A DNA stretch of 64,000 nucleotides from an uncultured Bacillota bacterium (GCA_948466255.1 CAOJZV010000005.1:1155-65154); one strand, 5' to 3'; positions 50,132 to 59,925 are shown, numbered from the stretch's first letter. Made by a program: numbers and translations. The notes: generated by a model from the letters alone, not told the origin.

Positions 50132-51756
50132 TTATCTAAGTAATTCATAAGTTTTGGAACAATTTGTTTTTTACGTGAAACCATTCCTTCAAAGAAACGA
50201 GCTTCTTCGATATTTTCAACTCCAAATGATCCGGCAAAAACATCTTTACTATTTTCATTAAATAAAATATAAGAACCATTTTCTAGAATGTCTGTAATAA
50301 ATAAAGCTACAGCCTTATAATCTTCATTTTTAGACATATCATTTAATTCAGCGATAATTTCGTCTTTTTTACTCATAAGTTCATCAGTACTCATAGTAGA
50401 TACCTGACCAATACCTATTTTTTGATTATCAATAGTAAAGTTTTTGAAATCGCCATGAATAATTTCCCCGATAGATTTACCAGCAATACTAGAGCCTGCT
50501 TTAAACATTTCCATACCATATTCTTTATAATCAACACCAACAATTTTAGATAAAGCTTCTAAAGCCTCTTTATCAATATCAGTGGTTGTAGGTGAAGTTA
50601 ATAATAAGGTATCAGAAATAATACCAGACATCATCAATCCTGCAATTTCTTTAGGAATTTCAATATTGTGTTCTTTATACATTAAGTATAAAATAGTCTC
50701 AGTACATCCAACAGGCATGTTTCTAAAATTAATTGGCATGCTTGTACCAATATTACCAATTTTATGGTGATCTACAATTTCGACAATTTCTGCTTCATGA
50801 AGACCAACAACACTTTGTTCCATTTCATTATGGTCAACTAAAATAACTTTTTTAGGATGATTGTTATCAGCAGTACTTAATCTAAAAATACCTAAACATT
50901 TACCTTCATTGTTTACGACAGGATAATTACTAAATTTTTTCTTATTAGCCATTTCCATAACATCAAATAAAGCATCATTTTCATTTACAAAAATAATCTC
51001 ATCTTTTTTAATTCTATCTACAATATAATTACTTAATACTACTAAATTAGAAGTAGTAAGACCATCATATTCAGTACTAATAACATCAACATGATTCTTT
51101 TTAGCAATTTCTAAATGTTCTGGTTTCATTTCAACTCCATTAGTTAAAATGATAATAGAAGCTGAATTTTCAACCCCATATTCAATAATACTATGGCGAT
51201 CACCAACAATTAAAACACTATCTTTATCAATTTGTACTTGTTCCTTAAAAGTTGCACTTCTATAAGATGGGGAATAAATATTACCTTCAATTTCCTTATC
51301 GAAACGTAATATTTCTTTAGCTTTTAAAGCTTCAAGTAAATTATCATAAGAAGTATGTAACCATCCTATGTTGCCTGAAATCAAATTACTAATAGCATCC
51401 TTCATAGAAACTGCACCTTTATAATTACCGTCATCAGCAATAACAGGTATAGTACTAATTTTAGTTTCATTCATATATTGATAACCTTTAAAAATAGAAT
51501 CTTTTTCGTTTAAAAAACACCCCTTATTAAAATCAACATCTTTAATTTGTATACGAACATCATTTAAAAATTTAGGAGTTGCAATATTAAAATAATCCAA
51601 TACGAATTTAGTTTCATTATTAATGTTTCCTAAAACTCGGGGTTCAGTATTTTCTCCCATTTGATTTTTCAAATATGATAAAACAATAGATGAAGTAACA
51701 CTATCTGTATCCGGTTTTTGGTGACCAAAAATTAATGTTTTTTCCAAAATAATCAT
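50128..51756 (-). CDS. ppaC: CBS-domain-containing family II (DHH/DHHA2) inorganic pyrophosphatase
   Basis: likely start MIILEKTLIFGHQKPDTDS (RBS AAGGGAG), a family II PPase N-terminus; internal CBS pair; C-terminal DHHA2; the track ORF has a 43-codon N-extension. Confidence 0.75.
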   Translation of the reverse strand: MIILEKTLIFGHQKPDTDSVTSSIVLSYLKNQMGENTEPRVLGNINNETKFVLDYFNIATPKFLNDVRIQIKDVDFNKGCFLNEKDSIFKGYQYMNETKISTIPVIADDGNYKGAVSMKDAISNLISGNIGWLHTSYDNLLEALKAKEILRFDKEIEGNIYSPSYRSATFKEQVQIDKDSVLIVGDRHSIIEYGVENSASIIILTNGVEMKPEHLEIAKKNHVDVISTEYDGLTTSNLVVLSNYIVDRIKKDEIIFVNENDALFDVMEMANKKKFSNYPVVNNEGKCLGIFRLSTADNNHPKKVILVDHNEMEQSVVGLHEAEIVEIVDHHKIGNIGTSMPINFRNMPVGCTETILYLMYKEHNIEIPKEIAGLMMSGIISDTLLLTSPTTTDIDKEALEALSKIVGVDYKEYGMEMFKAGSSIAGKSIGEIIHGDFKNFTIDNQKIGIGQVSTMSTDELMSKKDEIIAELNDMSKNEDYKAVALFITDILENGSYILFNENSKDVFAGSFGVENIEEARFFEGMVSRKKQIVPKLMNYLDK

Positions 51757-51809
51757 CTCCCTTTGCGTAAAACAATTATAACACTTTTTCAAATAAAAAA
51801 AAAGCAAAA

Positions 51810-52412
51810 TCAATGATTTTGCATAATATAAAATGCGATTCCTAAAAGAATCATCGAAAAAGCGGCAGTTAAACCAAAACCACATAAAAACAGTTTTAAA
51901 CCATTATTTGAACTAATGCTAACTTTACCAGGAATAAAAGAAAAACCGCTATCAGAGTGTAAATTCAAATTATCAGCAACAAGTAATTCGACTCCCTCTG
52001 ATTTAATATCATCGCCATCTTTAAAATCCTTTAATACATATTTATCTTCCTCACTACCGCTATAACTATTTAGTTTTTTACTTACAAAGAAAATTAATTC
52101 ATCATAATTCAAAAATGAAAATTGACCTGCAATATCTTTTAAAACGGTTTCATAATAATACCATTCATTATCCTCTTTAAAAGCTAAAAACCAGTGTTCA
52201 AAACAATCCTTTTGAAAATTAAGTATCACAGAATTAAGACCCAAAGCCGAAACAAAGATGTAAAAAAGAATCACCACATCTTTACTGTTGATTAAATTAT
52301 ATTTTTTTCCATTAATAATCGCTTCATCATTTTCCATTAAAAATTCATATAGATCAGAAGTACTATTAATATTTACCTTTTTAAATTCATTTAAAATTTT
52401 CTTTTTATTCAT
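51810..52412 (-). CDS. hypothetical protein with C-terminal TM helix
   Basis: 200 aa; no recognisable motifs; antisense to the surrounding plus-strand backbone. Confidence 0.45.
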   Translation of the reverse strand: MNKKKILNEFKKVNINSTSDLYEFLMENDEAIINGKKYNLINSKDVVILFYIFVSALGLNSVILNFQKDCFEHWFLAFKEDNEWYYYETVLKDIAGQFSFLNYDELIFFVSKKLNSYSGSEEDKYVLKDFKDGDDIKSEGVELLVADNLNLHSDSGFSFIPGKVSISSNNGLKLFLCGFGLTAAFSMILLGIAFYIMQNH

Positions 52413-52521
52413 TTTATCACTCTATTCTACATATATAATACCACACTTCTAAAAGAAATATAAAATAAAAGTATATTTAAACAAAAATTTGACACAATAA
52501 ATTTTAGAAAGAAGGTAATTT

Positions 52522-53043
52522 ATGAAAGCAACAGGTGTCGTAAGAAGAATAGATGATTTAGGTAGAATAGTTATACCAAAAGAAATAAGAAAAACTTTAA
52601 GATTAAAAAATGGTGAAAATTTAGAAATATTTGTAGATGAAAACGAAAACATTATTTTAAAGAAATATAGTCAAATAGATAAATTAAAAGAATTTGCTGG
52701 TCAAATTACCGAAGCTATAAATAATGTTACCAAAAAATCAGTTTTCATTATAAATACAGATTCTTTTGTATCCATAAGCGGAAAGAAGAAAGAATATCTT
52801 AATAAACCAATCTCAAATGAATTAATTGAAATGATAAATAATCGTCACGAAATAAAAAATCAATATCAAGTTCAAATGACAGAAGAAAAAATAGAAAACG
52901 AAAATATAGCATTTTGTCCAATAATAATAAACGGAGATGCGATAGGAGCAATAATGATGATGTCAAAGGATGAAGTAACAGAAACTGATTTTCAAACACT
53001 AAAAATAATTTCTAGCTTTTTAACCAAACATATTGAAGATTAA
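52522..53043 (+). CDS. spoVT: stage V sporulation protein T (AbrB-N + GAF-like)
   Basis: MKATGVVRRIDDLGRIVIPKEIRKTLRLKNGENLEIFVD is near-identical to B. subtilis SpoVT; 173 aa; conserved mfd-spoVT linkage. Confidence 0.85.
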   Translation: MKATGVVRRIDDLGRIVIPKEIRKTLRLKNGENLEIFVDENENIILKKYSQIDKLKEFAGQITEAINNVTKKSVFIINTDSFVSISGKKKEYLNKPISNELIEMINNRHEIKNQYQVQMTEEKIENENIAFCPIIINGDAIGAIMMMSKDEVTETDFQTLKIISSFLTKHIED

Positions 53044-53061
53044 AGACAAATATGCTATAAT
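53033..53061 (+). promoter_or_regulatory. sigma-A-type promoter for the T-box leader (TTGAAG-17-TATAAT)
   Basis: -35 TTGAAG at 53033-53038 and -10 TATAAT at 53056-53061 with 17-nt spacer. Confidence 0.45.
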
Positions 53062-53099
53062 TAACAGGAAAAAAGCGAAGAAAGAGAGAAAAATAGGTG

Positions 53100-53287
53100 A
53101 CTTTATAGAGAGTTTATGGTTGGTGGAAATAAACAAGGTGACTATTGGAAATGGCTCTAGAGCTTCTAAACCAAATAATTAAGTTTAGACGTAAGCATGC
53201 GTTAAATGTTTAAGGTAAGTATAATGCTTACAAATTAAGGTGGTACCACGTTCATCACGTCCTTATTTTTAAGGACGTTTTTTTATT
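53100..53287 (+). promoter_or_regulatory. T-box riboswitch leader (probable Met specifier AUG) with intrinsic terminator, preceding dut-DHH-metG
   Basis: AAUUAAGGUGGUACCACG (53233-53250) matches the T-box consensus AAUUAGGGUGGNACCGCG. Antiterminator: UAAGG[UGGUACC]ACG...CGUCCUUA. Terminator ACGUCCUUA-uuuuu-AAGGACGU plus U-tract at 53257-53287. Stem I has AGAGAG and AUG at 53151-53153 in specifier position. Confidence 0.7.
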
Positions 53288-53302
53288 AAAAGGAGGTATA
53301 AA

Positions 53303-53779
53303 ATGCGTAAATTTGAAAAAATAAGTTTAAGCCAATTTATAAAAGATACAGGATTAACAGAAAAAGAATATAATGAATATAAATTACCAAAAAGAAGTAC
53401 AAAATATAGTGCAGGATATGATTTTGCCGCCTTAACAGATTTTACAATTAACCCTAACGAAATAAAGTTAATTCCAACAGGAATAAAAGCCGACATGAAT
53501 AATAATGAAGTTCTAATGATATATATTAGAAGTAGTTTAGGATTTAAATTTAATTTGCGAATGTGCAACGGGACAGGAATTATTGATAAAGATTATTACA
53601 ACAATAGGGATAACGAAGGTCATATATTTGTAAAATTACAAAACGAAGGAGATCAACCAAAAGAATTTAAAAAAGGAGAAAATATTGTTCAAGGAATCTT
53701 CTTAAACTATTTAACAGTTGAAGGCGAAACAGAAATAACAAAAGAAAGGATAGGTGGAGTTGGAAGTACCAACGAATAA
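53303..53779 (+). CDS. dut: dUTP diphosphatase
   Basis: dUTPase motifs SAGYDF, GIIDKDYY, RIGGVGSTNE; RBS AAAAGGAGGT. Confidence 0.8.
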   Translation: MRKFEKISLSQFIKDTGLTEKEYNEYKLPKRSTKYSAGYDFAALTDFTINPNEIKLIPTGIKADMNNNEVLMIYIRSSLGFKFNLRMCNGTGIIDKDYYNNRDNEGHIFVKLQNEGDQPKEFKKGENIVQGIFLNYLTVEGETEITKERIGGVGSTNE

Positions 53780-53780
53780 A

Positions 53781-54713
53781 ATGGAAGAAAAAGAATTGTT
53801 ATTAATAAGTCATGTAGCAGATCCAGATGGAATTACCCCAGTTATTTTAGCTAGTTTTAGCTTTAAAGAATTTGATACACTTTTATTAAATCCAGGAGAA
53901 GTAGATGAAAAACTAAAAGAAAATTTAGAAAAATATAAAGAAATTCATATTGTAGATTTACCTGTATCAGAAGAAATGGCTAAAGAAATAGATGCCAACG
54001 AAAAATGGAAAAACAAAGTAAAACTATTTGACCATCACCATGGCAATCTATATTTAAATAATTATTCATTTGCTAAAGTCATTGATGAACAAAATGGAAG
54101 AAAAGAAAGTGGAACGAGTAATTATTATAATTACCTAATTAATATCTCTGACAATCCTTTACTACACAAAAACTCTACAAAAGGCCTAGTAGATCAAGTA
54201 AGGATAATAGACACATATGATTTTAAAACAGAAGAAGACCAAAAGGCTCATAATATTGATGCATTATTTACAATATTAGGTAGACAAAACTATATTGATT
54301 ATTTTACAAAATATATTGAAAATAATGAAATCTTTGAATATACCGAGCAAGAACAATTTCTAATTAAATTAGAAAAAGATAAAATGAATAATTATATAGA
54401 AAAAAGAGAAGAAGAGATGATTACAGCTGAATTAGAAGGTCACAACGTAGGAATAGTATATGCTGAAAGGTATAGAAGTGATTTAGGAAACTATTTAGCT
54501 ACAAAACATGAAGAATTAGATTTTATAATAATTATAAATATTGCTAAAAGTATAAGTTTTAGGGGACATGATAAAGTTGATTTAAGCGTTTTTGCCAAAA
54601 AATTTGGAGGCGGAGGTCATAAAAATGCCTCAGGTTGCTCACTTCCCCAAAATTTATTGCAAGATGTAACCAAATTAATATTTAAAAATATAAAAATAAA
54701 GGAGGAAAAATAA
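53781..54713 (+). CDS. DHH-DHHA1 family phosphoesterase (NrnA-like)
   Basis: DPDG, DHHH and GGGH motifs; second DHH paralog in the window. Confidence 0.7.
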   Translation: MEEKELLLISHVADPDGITPVILASFSFKEFDTLLLNPGEVDEKLKENLEKYKEIHIVDLPVSEEMAKEIDANEKWKNKVKLFDHHHGNLYLNNYSFAKVIDEQNGRKESGTSNYYNYLINISDNPLLHKNSTKGLVDQVRIIDTYDFKTEEDQKAHNIDALFTILGRQNYIDYFTKYIENNEIFEYTEQEQFLIKLEKDKMNNYIEKREEEMITAELEGHNVGIVYAERYRSDLGNYLATKHEELDFIIIINIAKSISFRGHDKVDLSVFAKKFGGGGHKNASGCSLPQNLLQDVTKLIFKNIKIKEEK

Positions 54714-56269
54714 TGAAACCAACATTTTATGTAACAACACCAATATTTTATGCATCAGGGAAACCACAATTAGGAAATTCGTATACAACAATTTTGGCTG
54801 ATGCAATCGCTAGATATAAAAGATTAACTGGATACGACGTTGTTTTCCAAACTGGAATGGATGAACATGGTCAAAAAGTTGAGCAAAAAGCTGAAGAACA
54901 GGGAAAAAACCCACAACAATTTGTCGACGAAATATCTTTAGAAGTAAAAAATATATTTGAAATTGTAAATACTAGTTATGATAGATTTATAAGAACTACA
55001 AATCCGCACCATAAAGAAATAGTAAGGAAGATATTTAAAAAATTATATGATAAAGGTGATATTTATAAAGGAAAATACGAAGGACTTTATTGTACACCAT
55101 GTGAATCATTCTTTACAGAGTCACAATTAGTGGATGGAAAATGCCCAGACTGTGGTAGAGAGGTTCATAAAACAAGTGAAGAAGCTTATTTTCTAAAACT
55201 ATCTAAATATGAAGAATGGTTAAAACAATACATTTTAGAACACGAAGATTTTATCATCCCAATTTCAAGAAGAAATGAAATGCTTAGATTTATTGAACAA
55301 GGACTAGATGATTTATGTGTATCTAGAACATCATTTGATTGGGGAATAAAAGTTCCTTTTGATGAAAAACATGTAATTTATGTTTGGTTAGATGCTTTAA
55401 CTAACTATATAACCTTTGCCGGATATTTAGAAAATGAAGAAGAATTTAAAAAATTCTGGCCAGCTAATCTTCACATAGTGGGGAAAGATATTTTAAGATT
55501 TCACTCAATTTATTGGCCTATTATGTTAAAAGCGCTAGACCTTCCAATAACAAAACAAATATTAGCTCACCCATTTTTTGTAGACCCAAAAGGTGAAAAA
55601 ATGAGTAAATCAAAAGGGAATATTTTATATGCTGATGATTTATCAAAACACTTAGAAGTAGATGCAATTAGATATTATTTATTAAGTGAATTAGGCTTAT
55701 CACATGATGGAAATGTAAGCCCAGAACTTATTATAGATAGAACAAACACAGATTTAGCTAATGTTTTAGGTAATTTAGTTAATAGAACAATTACAATGGC
55801 TCATAAATATTTTGATGGAATTATATATACACCTACCAAAATAAATGAAGAAGATGAAGAATTAATAAATCTTTCTAAAAATTTAAAAAACAAAGTAGAA
55901 GAAAAAATGTTCGAATATAAAATATCAGAAGCCCTTAGCGAAATTTTTGAAATATATAGAAGAAGCAATAAATACATTGACGAACAAACACCATGGGTAC
56001 TTGCTAAAGATCCAGAGCAAGAAGAAAGATTAAAAACAGTTATTTATAATTTATTAGAAGCTATAAGAACAGCAACTGTATTCTTACAAGCTTTCTTACC
56101 AGAAACAGCTGATAAAATATTTAAACAATTAAACACTCAAAATAGAGACATAGATTCAGTAGAAAATTTCGACGGTATGGACGATGGTATTAAACTAAAT
56201 GAGCCAGAAGTATTATTTCAAAGAATAGATAAGGAACAAAAATTAAAAGAAATAGAAGAGACTTTATAA
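54713..56269 (+). CDS. metG: methionine--tRNA ligase (short form without C-terminal tRNA-binding domain)
   Basis: class I HIGH-equivalent PQLGNSYT; KMSKS; zinc knuckle CTPC...CPDC; 518 aa. Confidence 0.9.
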   Translation: MKPTFYVTTPIFYASGKPQLGNSYTTILADAIARYKRLTGYDVVFQTGMDEHGQKVEQKAEEQGKNPQQFVDEISLEVKNIFEIVNTSYDRFIRTTNPHHKEIVRKIFKKLYDKGDIYKGKYEGLYCTPCESFFTESQLVDGKCPDCGREVHKTSEEAYFLKLSKYEEWLKQYILEHEDFIIPISRRNEMLRFIEQGLDDLCVSRTSFDWGIKVPFDEKHVIYVWLDALTNYITFAGYLENEEEFKKFWPANLHIVGKDILRFHSIYWPIMLKALDLPITKQILAHPFFVDPKGEKMSKSKGNILYADDLSKHLEVDAIRYYLLSELGLSHDGNVSPELIIDRTNTDLANVLGNLVNRTITMAHKYFDGIIYTPTKINEEDEELINLSKNLKNKVEEKMFEYKISEALSEIFEIYRRSNKYIDEQTPWVLAKDPEQEERLKTVIYNLLEAIRTATVFLQAFLPETADKIFKQLNTQNRDIDSVENFDGMDDGIKLNEPEVLFQRIDKEQKLKEIEETL

Positions 56270-56295
56270 TAAAGTTTCTTTTTTTTCCAAATAAT
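56258..56295 (+). terminator. Rho-independent terminator after metG
   Basis: AGACUUUAU-aau-AAAGUUUCU hairpin followed by 8 U. Confidence 0.5.
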
Positions 56296-56399
56296 ATAAT
56301 TTTCCGTAAAATGTTGTAAATTGTCGAGAAAAAAGGTTTGAAATCATAAAAACTTAATGTTATAGTAAAATAGGACATTAGGAGAGAGGGACAAACAAA

Positions 56400-56564
56400 A
56401 TGATTCTTAAAGACAAAGAGAGTAGTACCATCGCCTTAGGTTTTATTATATTAATTTTATTTTTAGTCATTAACATAATTAGTAAGTTCACCTTTTTAGA
56501 TTTGGCCTATTTGCTATTTATGATTGGCTGCTTTATAAGATATATTTATATTAAATTACATTAA
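56400..56564 (+). CDS. small hydrophobic protein (54 aa), not in the ORF track
   Basis: ATG at 56400 preceded by AGGAGAGAGGG; encodes MILKDKESSTIALGFIILILFLVINIISKFTFLDLAYLLFMIGCFIRYIYIKLH with two TM helices. Confidence 0.35.
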   Translation: MILKDKESSTIALGFIILILFLVINIISKFTFLDLAYLLFMIGCFIRYIYIKLH

Positions 56565-56605
56565 GATTATATCATTGTGGTATAATCTTTTTAGGTGATT
56601 AATTT

Positions 56606-57367
56606 ATGATAGATACACATTGTCATTTAAATAAAGAAGATTATGATGACATAAAACAAATAATAAAAAACATGAAAGATAACATTATGATAGTTAGTAC
56701 AGCAAGTCCAAACGATTTAAAAGAAATAATAGAATTAATTGAAAATTACGATAATATATATGCAACCATCGGAATCCACCCAGAATTTGCAGATACATAT
56801 ACTGATAAAGATTTAAATAATGTTGAAAAATACTTAATTCATCCGAAAGTAGTAGGAATTGGAGAAATAGGTCTTGATTATCACTATACAAAAGAAAATA
56901 AAGAAAAACAAAAAGAGCTATTTATAAAACAAATAAAATTAGCCAATAAATATAATAAGACTATAGTTATTCATACTAGGGATGCTATGTTAGATACATT
57001 TAATATTTTAAAACAAGAAAAAGATAAAAAAGTTAAATGTAATTTTCACTGCTACAGCGGTAGTTTAGAAATGGCTAAAGAAATAATAAAATTAAACGGT
57101 ACTTTTGGAATAGGTGGCGTCTTAACATTTAAAAATGAAAAGAAACTAAAAGAAATAGTTAAAGAATTAGATTTAAAATATTTTCTTTTAGAAACCGATA
57201 GTCCTTATCTTACTCCAGAGCCTTTTAGAGGACATAAAAATGAGCCTAAAAACATAATTTATGTTGCAAAAAAAATAGCCGAAATTAAGAATATACCATA
57301 TGAAGAAGTAATTAAAACAACAACACATAATGCATTATCTCAATTTGACATGAATATAACCCTATGA
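56606..57367 (+). CDS. tatD: TatD-family metal-dependent DNase/hydrolase (YabD)
   Basis: MIDTHCHLN N-terminus; 253 aa; extended -10 TGGTATAAT upstream; conserved metG-yabD order. Confidence 0.85.
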   Translation: MIDTHCHLNKEDYDDIKQIIKNMKDNIMIVSTASPNDLKEIIELIENYDNIYATIGIHPEFADTYTDKDLNNVEKYLIHPKVVGIGEIGLDYHYTKENKEKQKELFIKQIKLANKYNKTIVIHTRDAMLDTFNILKQEKDKKVKCNFHCYSGSLEMAKEIIKLNGTFGIGGVLTFKNEKKLKEIVKELDLKYFLLETDSPYLTPEPFRGHKNEPKNIIYVAKKIAEIKNIPYEEVIKTTTHNALSQFDMNITL

Positions 57368-57407
57368 TATAATACCAAACGTTTCACATTTGAAATGGGA
57401 GGTATAT

Positions 57408-58106
57408 ATGAATACATATTTACTGGGGCTGATTTCAAAATGGGCAACTGTTTTATGGGTGTCAGTCGCAGGAATTTTTGGTTCTGGACAGCTAATTTCA
57501 GACGAAACAAAATTAATTGAAAATGAAAACCAAACAAAAAATGCTACAATGACAATGGTAGAAGTAGCATACAATACAGAAACAAGGTATAACAGTAAGC
57601 TACCAAGTAACATAACAATTACAAAACAAGAAGGGAAAAAAGGAATAGCTTACAAAGATAATAAAAATAATACCGAAACTTTAGTAGAACCCGTAACCGA
57701 AATTATTGAAGTAGGAACAGGTGACTATGGAGAGTACGTTGGTAAGATGACTGGATATGGTGCCGACTGTATAGGTTGTACAGGAACAGTTTCTTGTAAA
57801 ACTAAATCAGGAAGCAACTGGAATTTAATTAAAGATGGTACATCTTACACTGATGATGAATATGGAAAAGTTAGAATATTAGCTGCTGCTTTAAAAAAAT
57901 TTCCTTGTGGAACAATTATAAAAGTTGAAAGCAGTACAATGGGTACATTTAACGCTATTGTCCTAGATACTGGGGGAGCCATGCGAAAAGCTTGGTCAAA
58001 CGGAACAGTTCTTATGGATTTAGCCTTTACAAGTGAAACGTCAGAAGGTATCCATAATTCTACCAATAACAACGTAAAATATAGTGTACAAAGATGGGGA
58101 TGGTAA
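57408..58106 (+). CDS. G5 + 3D (MltA-like) domain cell-wall-binding protein (YabE-like)
   Basis: start MNTYLLG after GGAGG; G5-like segment; 3D-domain motifs GYGADC, GTIIKVES, IVLDTGGAM. Confidence 0.7.
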   Translation: MNTYLLGLISKWATVLWVSVAGIFGSGQLISDETKLIENENQTKNATMTMVEVAYNTETRYNSKLPSNITITKQEGKKGIAYKDNKNNTETLVEPVTEIIEVGTGDYGEYVGKMTGYGADCIGCTGTVSCKTKSGSNWNLIKDGTSYTDDEYGKVRILAAALKKFPCGTIIKVESSTMGTFNAIVLDTGGAMRKAWSNGTVLMDLAFTSETSEGIHNSTNNNVKYSVQRWGW

Positions 58107-58160
58107 TCCCTTTTTCTTTTTTAAAAAAAATGATATAATATTAAAACAAAGGAGAGAAAT

Positions 58161-58982
58161 ATGGAATATTCACCAAATAAAATGAAACAAAATTTAGAAG
58201 AAAATAATTTCAATTTTAAAAAGAAATTTGGTCAAAACTTTATTACTGATAAAAATATTATAGAATCTATCGTAAATAAAGCTGCAATAGATAAAGAAAC
58301 ATTAGTAATAGAAATTGGCCCAGGTGCCGGCTCACTTACAAATAAATTAGGTGAAAAAGCTAAAAATGTAATAGCATACGAAATAGATGAAACATTAAAA
58401 CCTATTTTAGAAAACAACATAGAAGATAATACAAAAATTATCTATGGCGATTTTTTAAAAAGAGATGTTCTTTTAGATATAAAACAATATGATTACCAAA
58501 AATTATATGTTGTTGCTAATCTTCCATATTATATAACAACTCCAATTATCATAAAATTAATCGAAGATAAAATACCCGTGGATAAAATAGTTGTAATGGT
58601 TCAAAAAGAAGTTGGCGATAGATTCAGAGCCAAACCAAATACTAAAGAATATAATTCACTTTCAATCTTTCTAAATTATTACTTTGATATTAAGAAAGAA
58701 TTAGATATTAGTAGAAATGTCTTTATTCCAAAACCCAACGTCGACAGTATTGTTGTATCATTTACAAAAAAGGATAAAAAACTACCATTAAAAAATGAAG
58801 ATATATTTTTTAAATTAATTAGGGACAGCTTTACCCAAAAAAGAAAAACTTTAAAGAATAATCTTAAAGGGTATGATTTATCAAAAATAGAAAAAGTGTT
58901 ATCTAAATATAATTTAGATTTAACAGTAAGAGCAGAAGCTTTACCAATAGAAATATTCATAGAAATATCAAATAGTTTATAG
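58161..58982 (+). CDS. rsmA: 16S rRNA (adenine1518/1519-N6)-dimethyltransferase
   Basis: 273 aa; KKKFGQNFI and EIGPGAGSLT SAM motifs; NLPY catalytic motif. Confidence 0.9.
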   Translation: MEYSPNKMKQNLEENNFNFKKKFGQNFITDKNIIESIVNKAAIDKETLVIEIGPGAGSLTNKLGEKAKNVIAYEIDETLKPILENNIEDNTKIIYGDFLKRDVLLDIKQYDYQKLYVVANLPYYITTPIIIKLIEDKIPVDKIVVMVQKEVGDRFRAKPNTKEYNSLSIFLNYYFDIKKELDISRNVFIPKPNVDSIVVSFTKKDKKLPLKNEDIFFKLIRDSFTQKRKTLKNNLKGYDLSKIEKVLSKYNLDLTVRAEALPIEIFIEISNSL

Positions 58983-58992
58983 AGGTGATAAA

Positions 58993-59886
58993 ATGACTAA
59001 ATTAATCGAAGCAGATATGCATATTCATACAACCGCTTCAGATGGAGAATATTCATCACTTGAAATTTACCAAAAAATAAAAGACACAAAACAAATAAAA
59101 ACATTTGCTATTACAGATCATGATACTGTAAAAGGTGCAAAAGAATTACAAGAACATTTACAAAATAATCCAGATAAAAATATAACATTTATTCCTGGAA
59201 TGGAAGCAAGCGCAAGTATTGCTAGGCCACAATTTAAAGTCCAAAAATCTAGATTACATATATTATGCTATGATTTTGACTTAAATAATCCATTAATCGA
59301 AAAGCTTACTACTAAAAGAAAACTAATAGATATACAAAGTATTGAAAGACAACTACACATTTTAGATACCGAAGAAAATATAAGTTTTAGTAATGAAGAA
59401 ATAGAAGCAATATATGAAAAAAACAATTTTGGTAGAGTTGATATAGCTAAACTATTAATGAAACATAGAATAGTAAAAAATGTGGATGAGGCCTTTGATA
59501 AATATCTAGTTGAAACACATGAAAAAGTTCGTGATACATTACCTAAAATACATGAAGAAGAAGTATTTCATGCTATAAAACAAGCGGGGGGATATATAAG
59601 TTTAGCTCATCCAACCAGTTTAAGATTAGATTTAGAAATACTAAAAGAATATATAAAATATTTAAAAAGTATCGGGTTAGATGCTATAGAAGTTTATCAT
59701 TCTCACCAAAAAAGAAGCTATTCACACCAATTACTTAAAATAGCACAAGAATTAGAATTATATGTAAGCGGAGGTTCTGATTACCATGGACCAACTGTAA
59801 AGCCAAAAGTACATATTGGAGTGAATCAAGGAAAAAGCCCACAAAAAGTACTAACTTTAAAAGACTATATTATAAAAAATAAATAA
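58993..59886 (+). CDS. PHP-domain phosphoesterase (TrpH/YciV-like)
   Basis: DMHIHTTASDG and ITDHDT PHP metal-binding motifs; 297 aa. Confidence 0.7.
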   Translation: MTKLIEADMHIHTTASDGEYSSLEIYQKIKDTKQIKTFAITDHDTVKGAKELQEHLQNNPDKNITFIPGMEASASIARPQFKVQKSRLHILCYDFDLNNPLIEKLTTKRKLIDIQSIERQLHILDTEENISFSNEEIEAIYEKNNFGRVDIAKLLMKHRIVKNVDEAFDKYLVETHEKVRDTLPKIHEEEVFHAIKQAGGYISLAHPTSLRLDLEILKEYIKYLKSIGLDAIEVYHSHQKRSYSHQLLKIAQELELYVSGGSDYHGPTVKPKVHIGVNQGKSPQKVLTLKDYIIKNK

Positions 59887-59925
59887 ACAAAGTCGCCAAA
59901 GCATAAAATGTTTTGGTGATTTAAT

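Noticed and set aside
50166-50181. parS-like sequence TTTTTTACGTGAAACC inside the CBS-PPase gene
   Set aside because: 3 mismatches to the consensus, including loss of the C in the left half-site; more likely a chance half-site match than a functional centromere site.
51757-51885. 43-codon N-terminal extension of the pyrophosphatase ORF (MWFWFNCRFF...)
   Set aside because: The family II PPase homology begins at MIILEKTLIFGH, which has a strong RBS; the extension is untranslated leader.
53100-53290. Possible tRNA or free-standing small RNA between spoVT and dut
   Set aside because: There is no cloverleaf or GTTCGAATC-type T-loop. The conserved AAUUAAGGUGGUACCACG plus terminator identifies it as a T-box leader instead.
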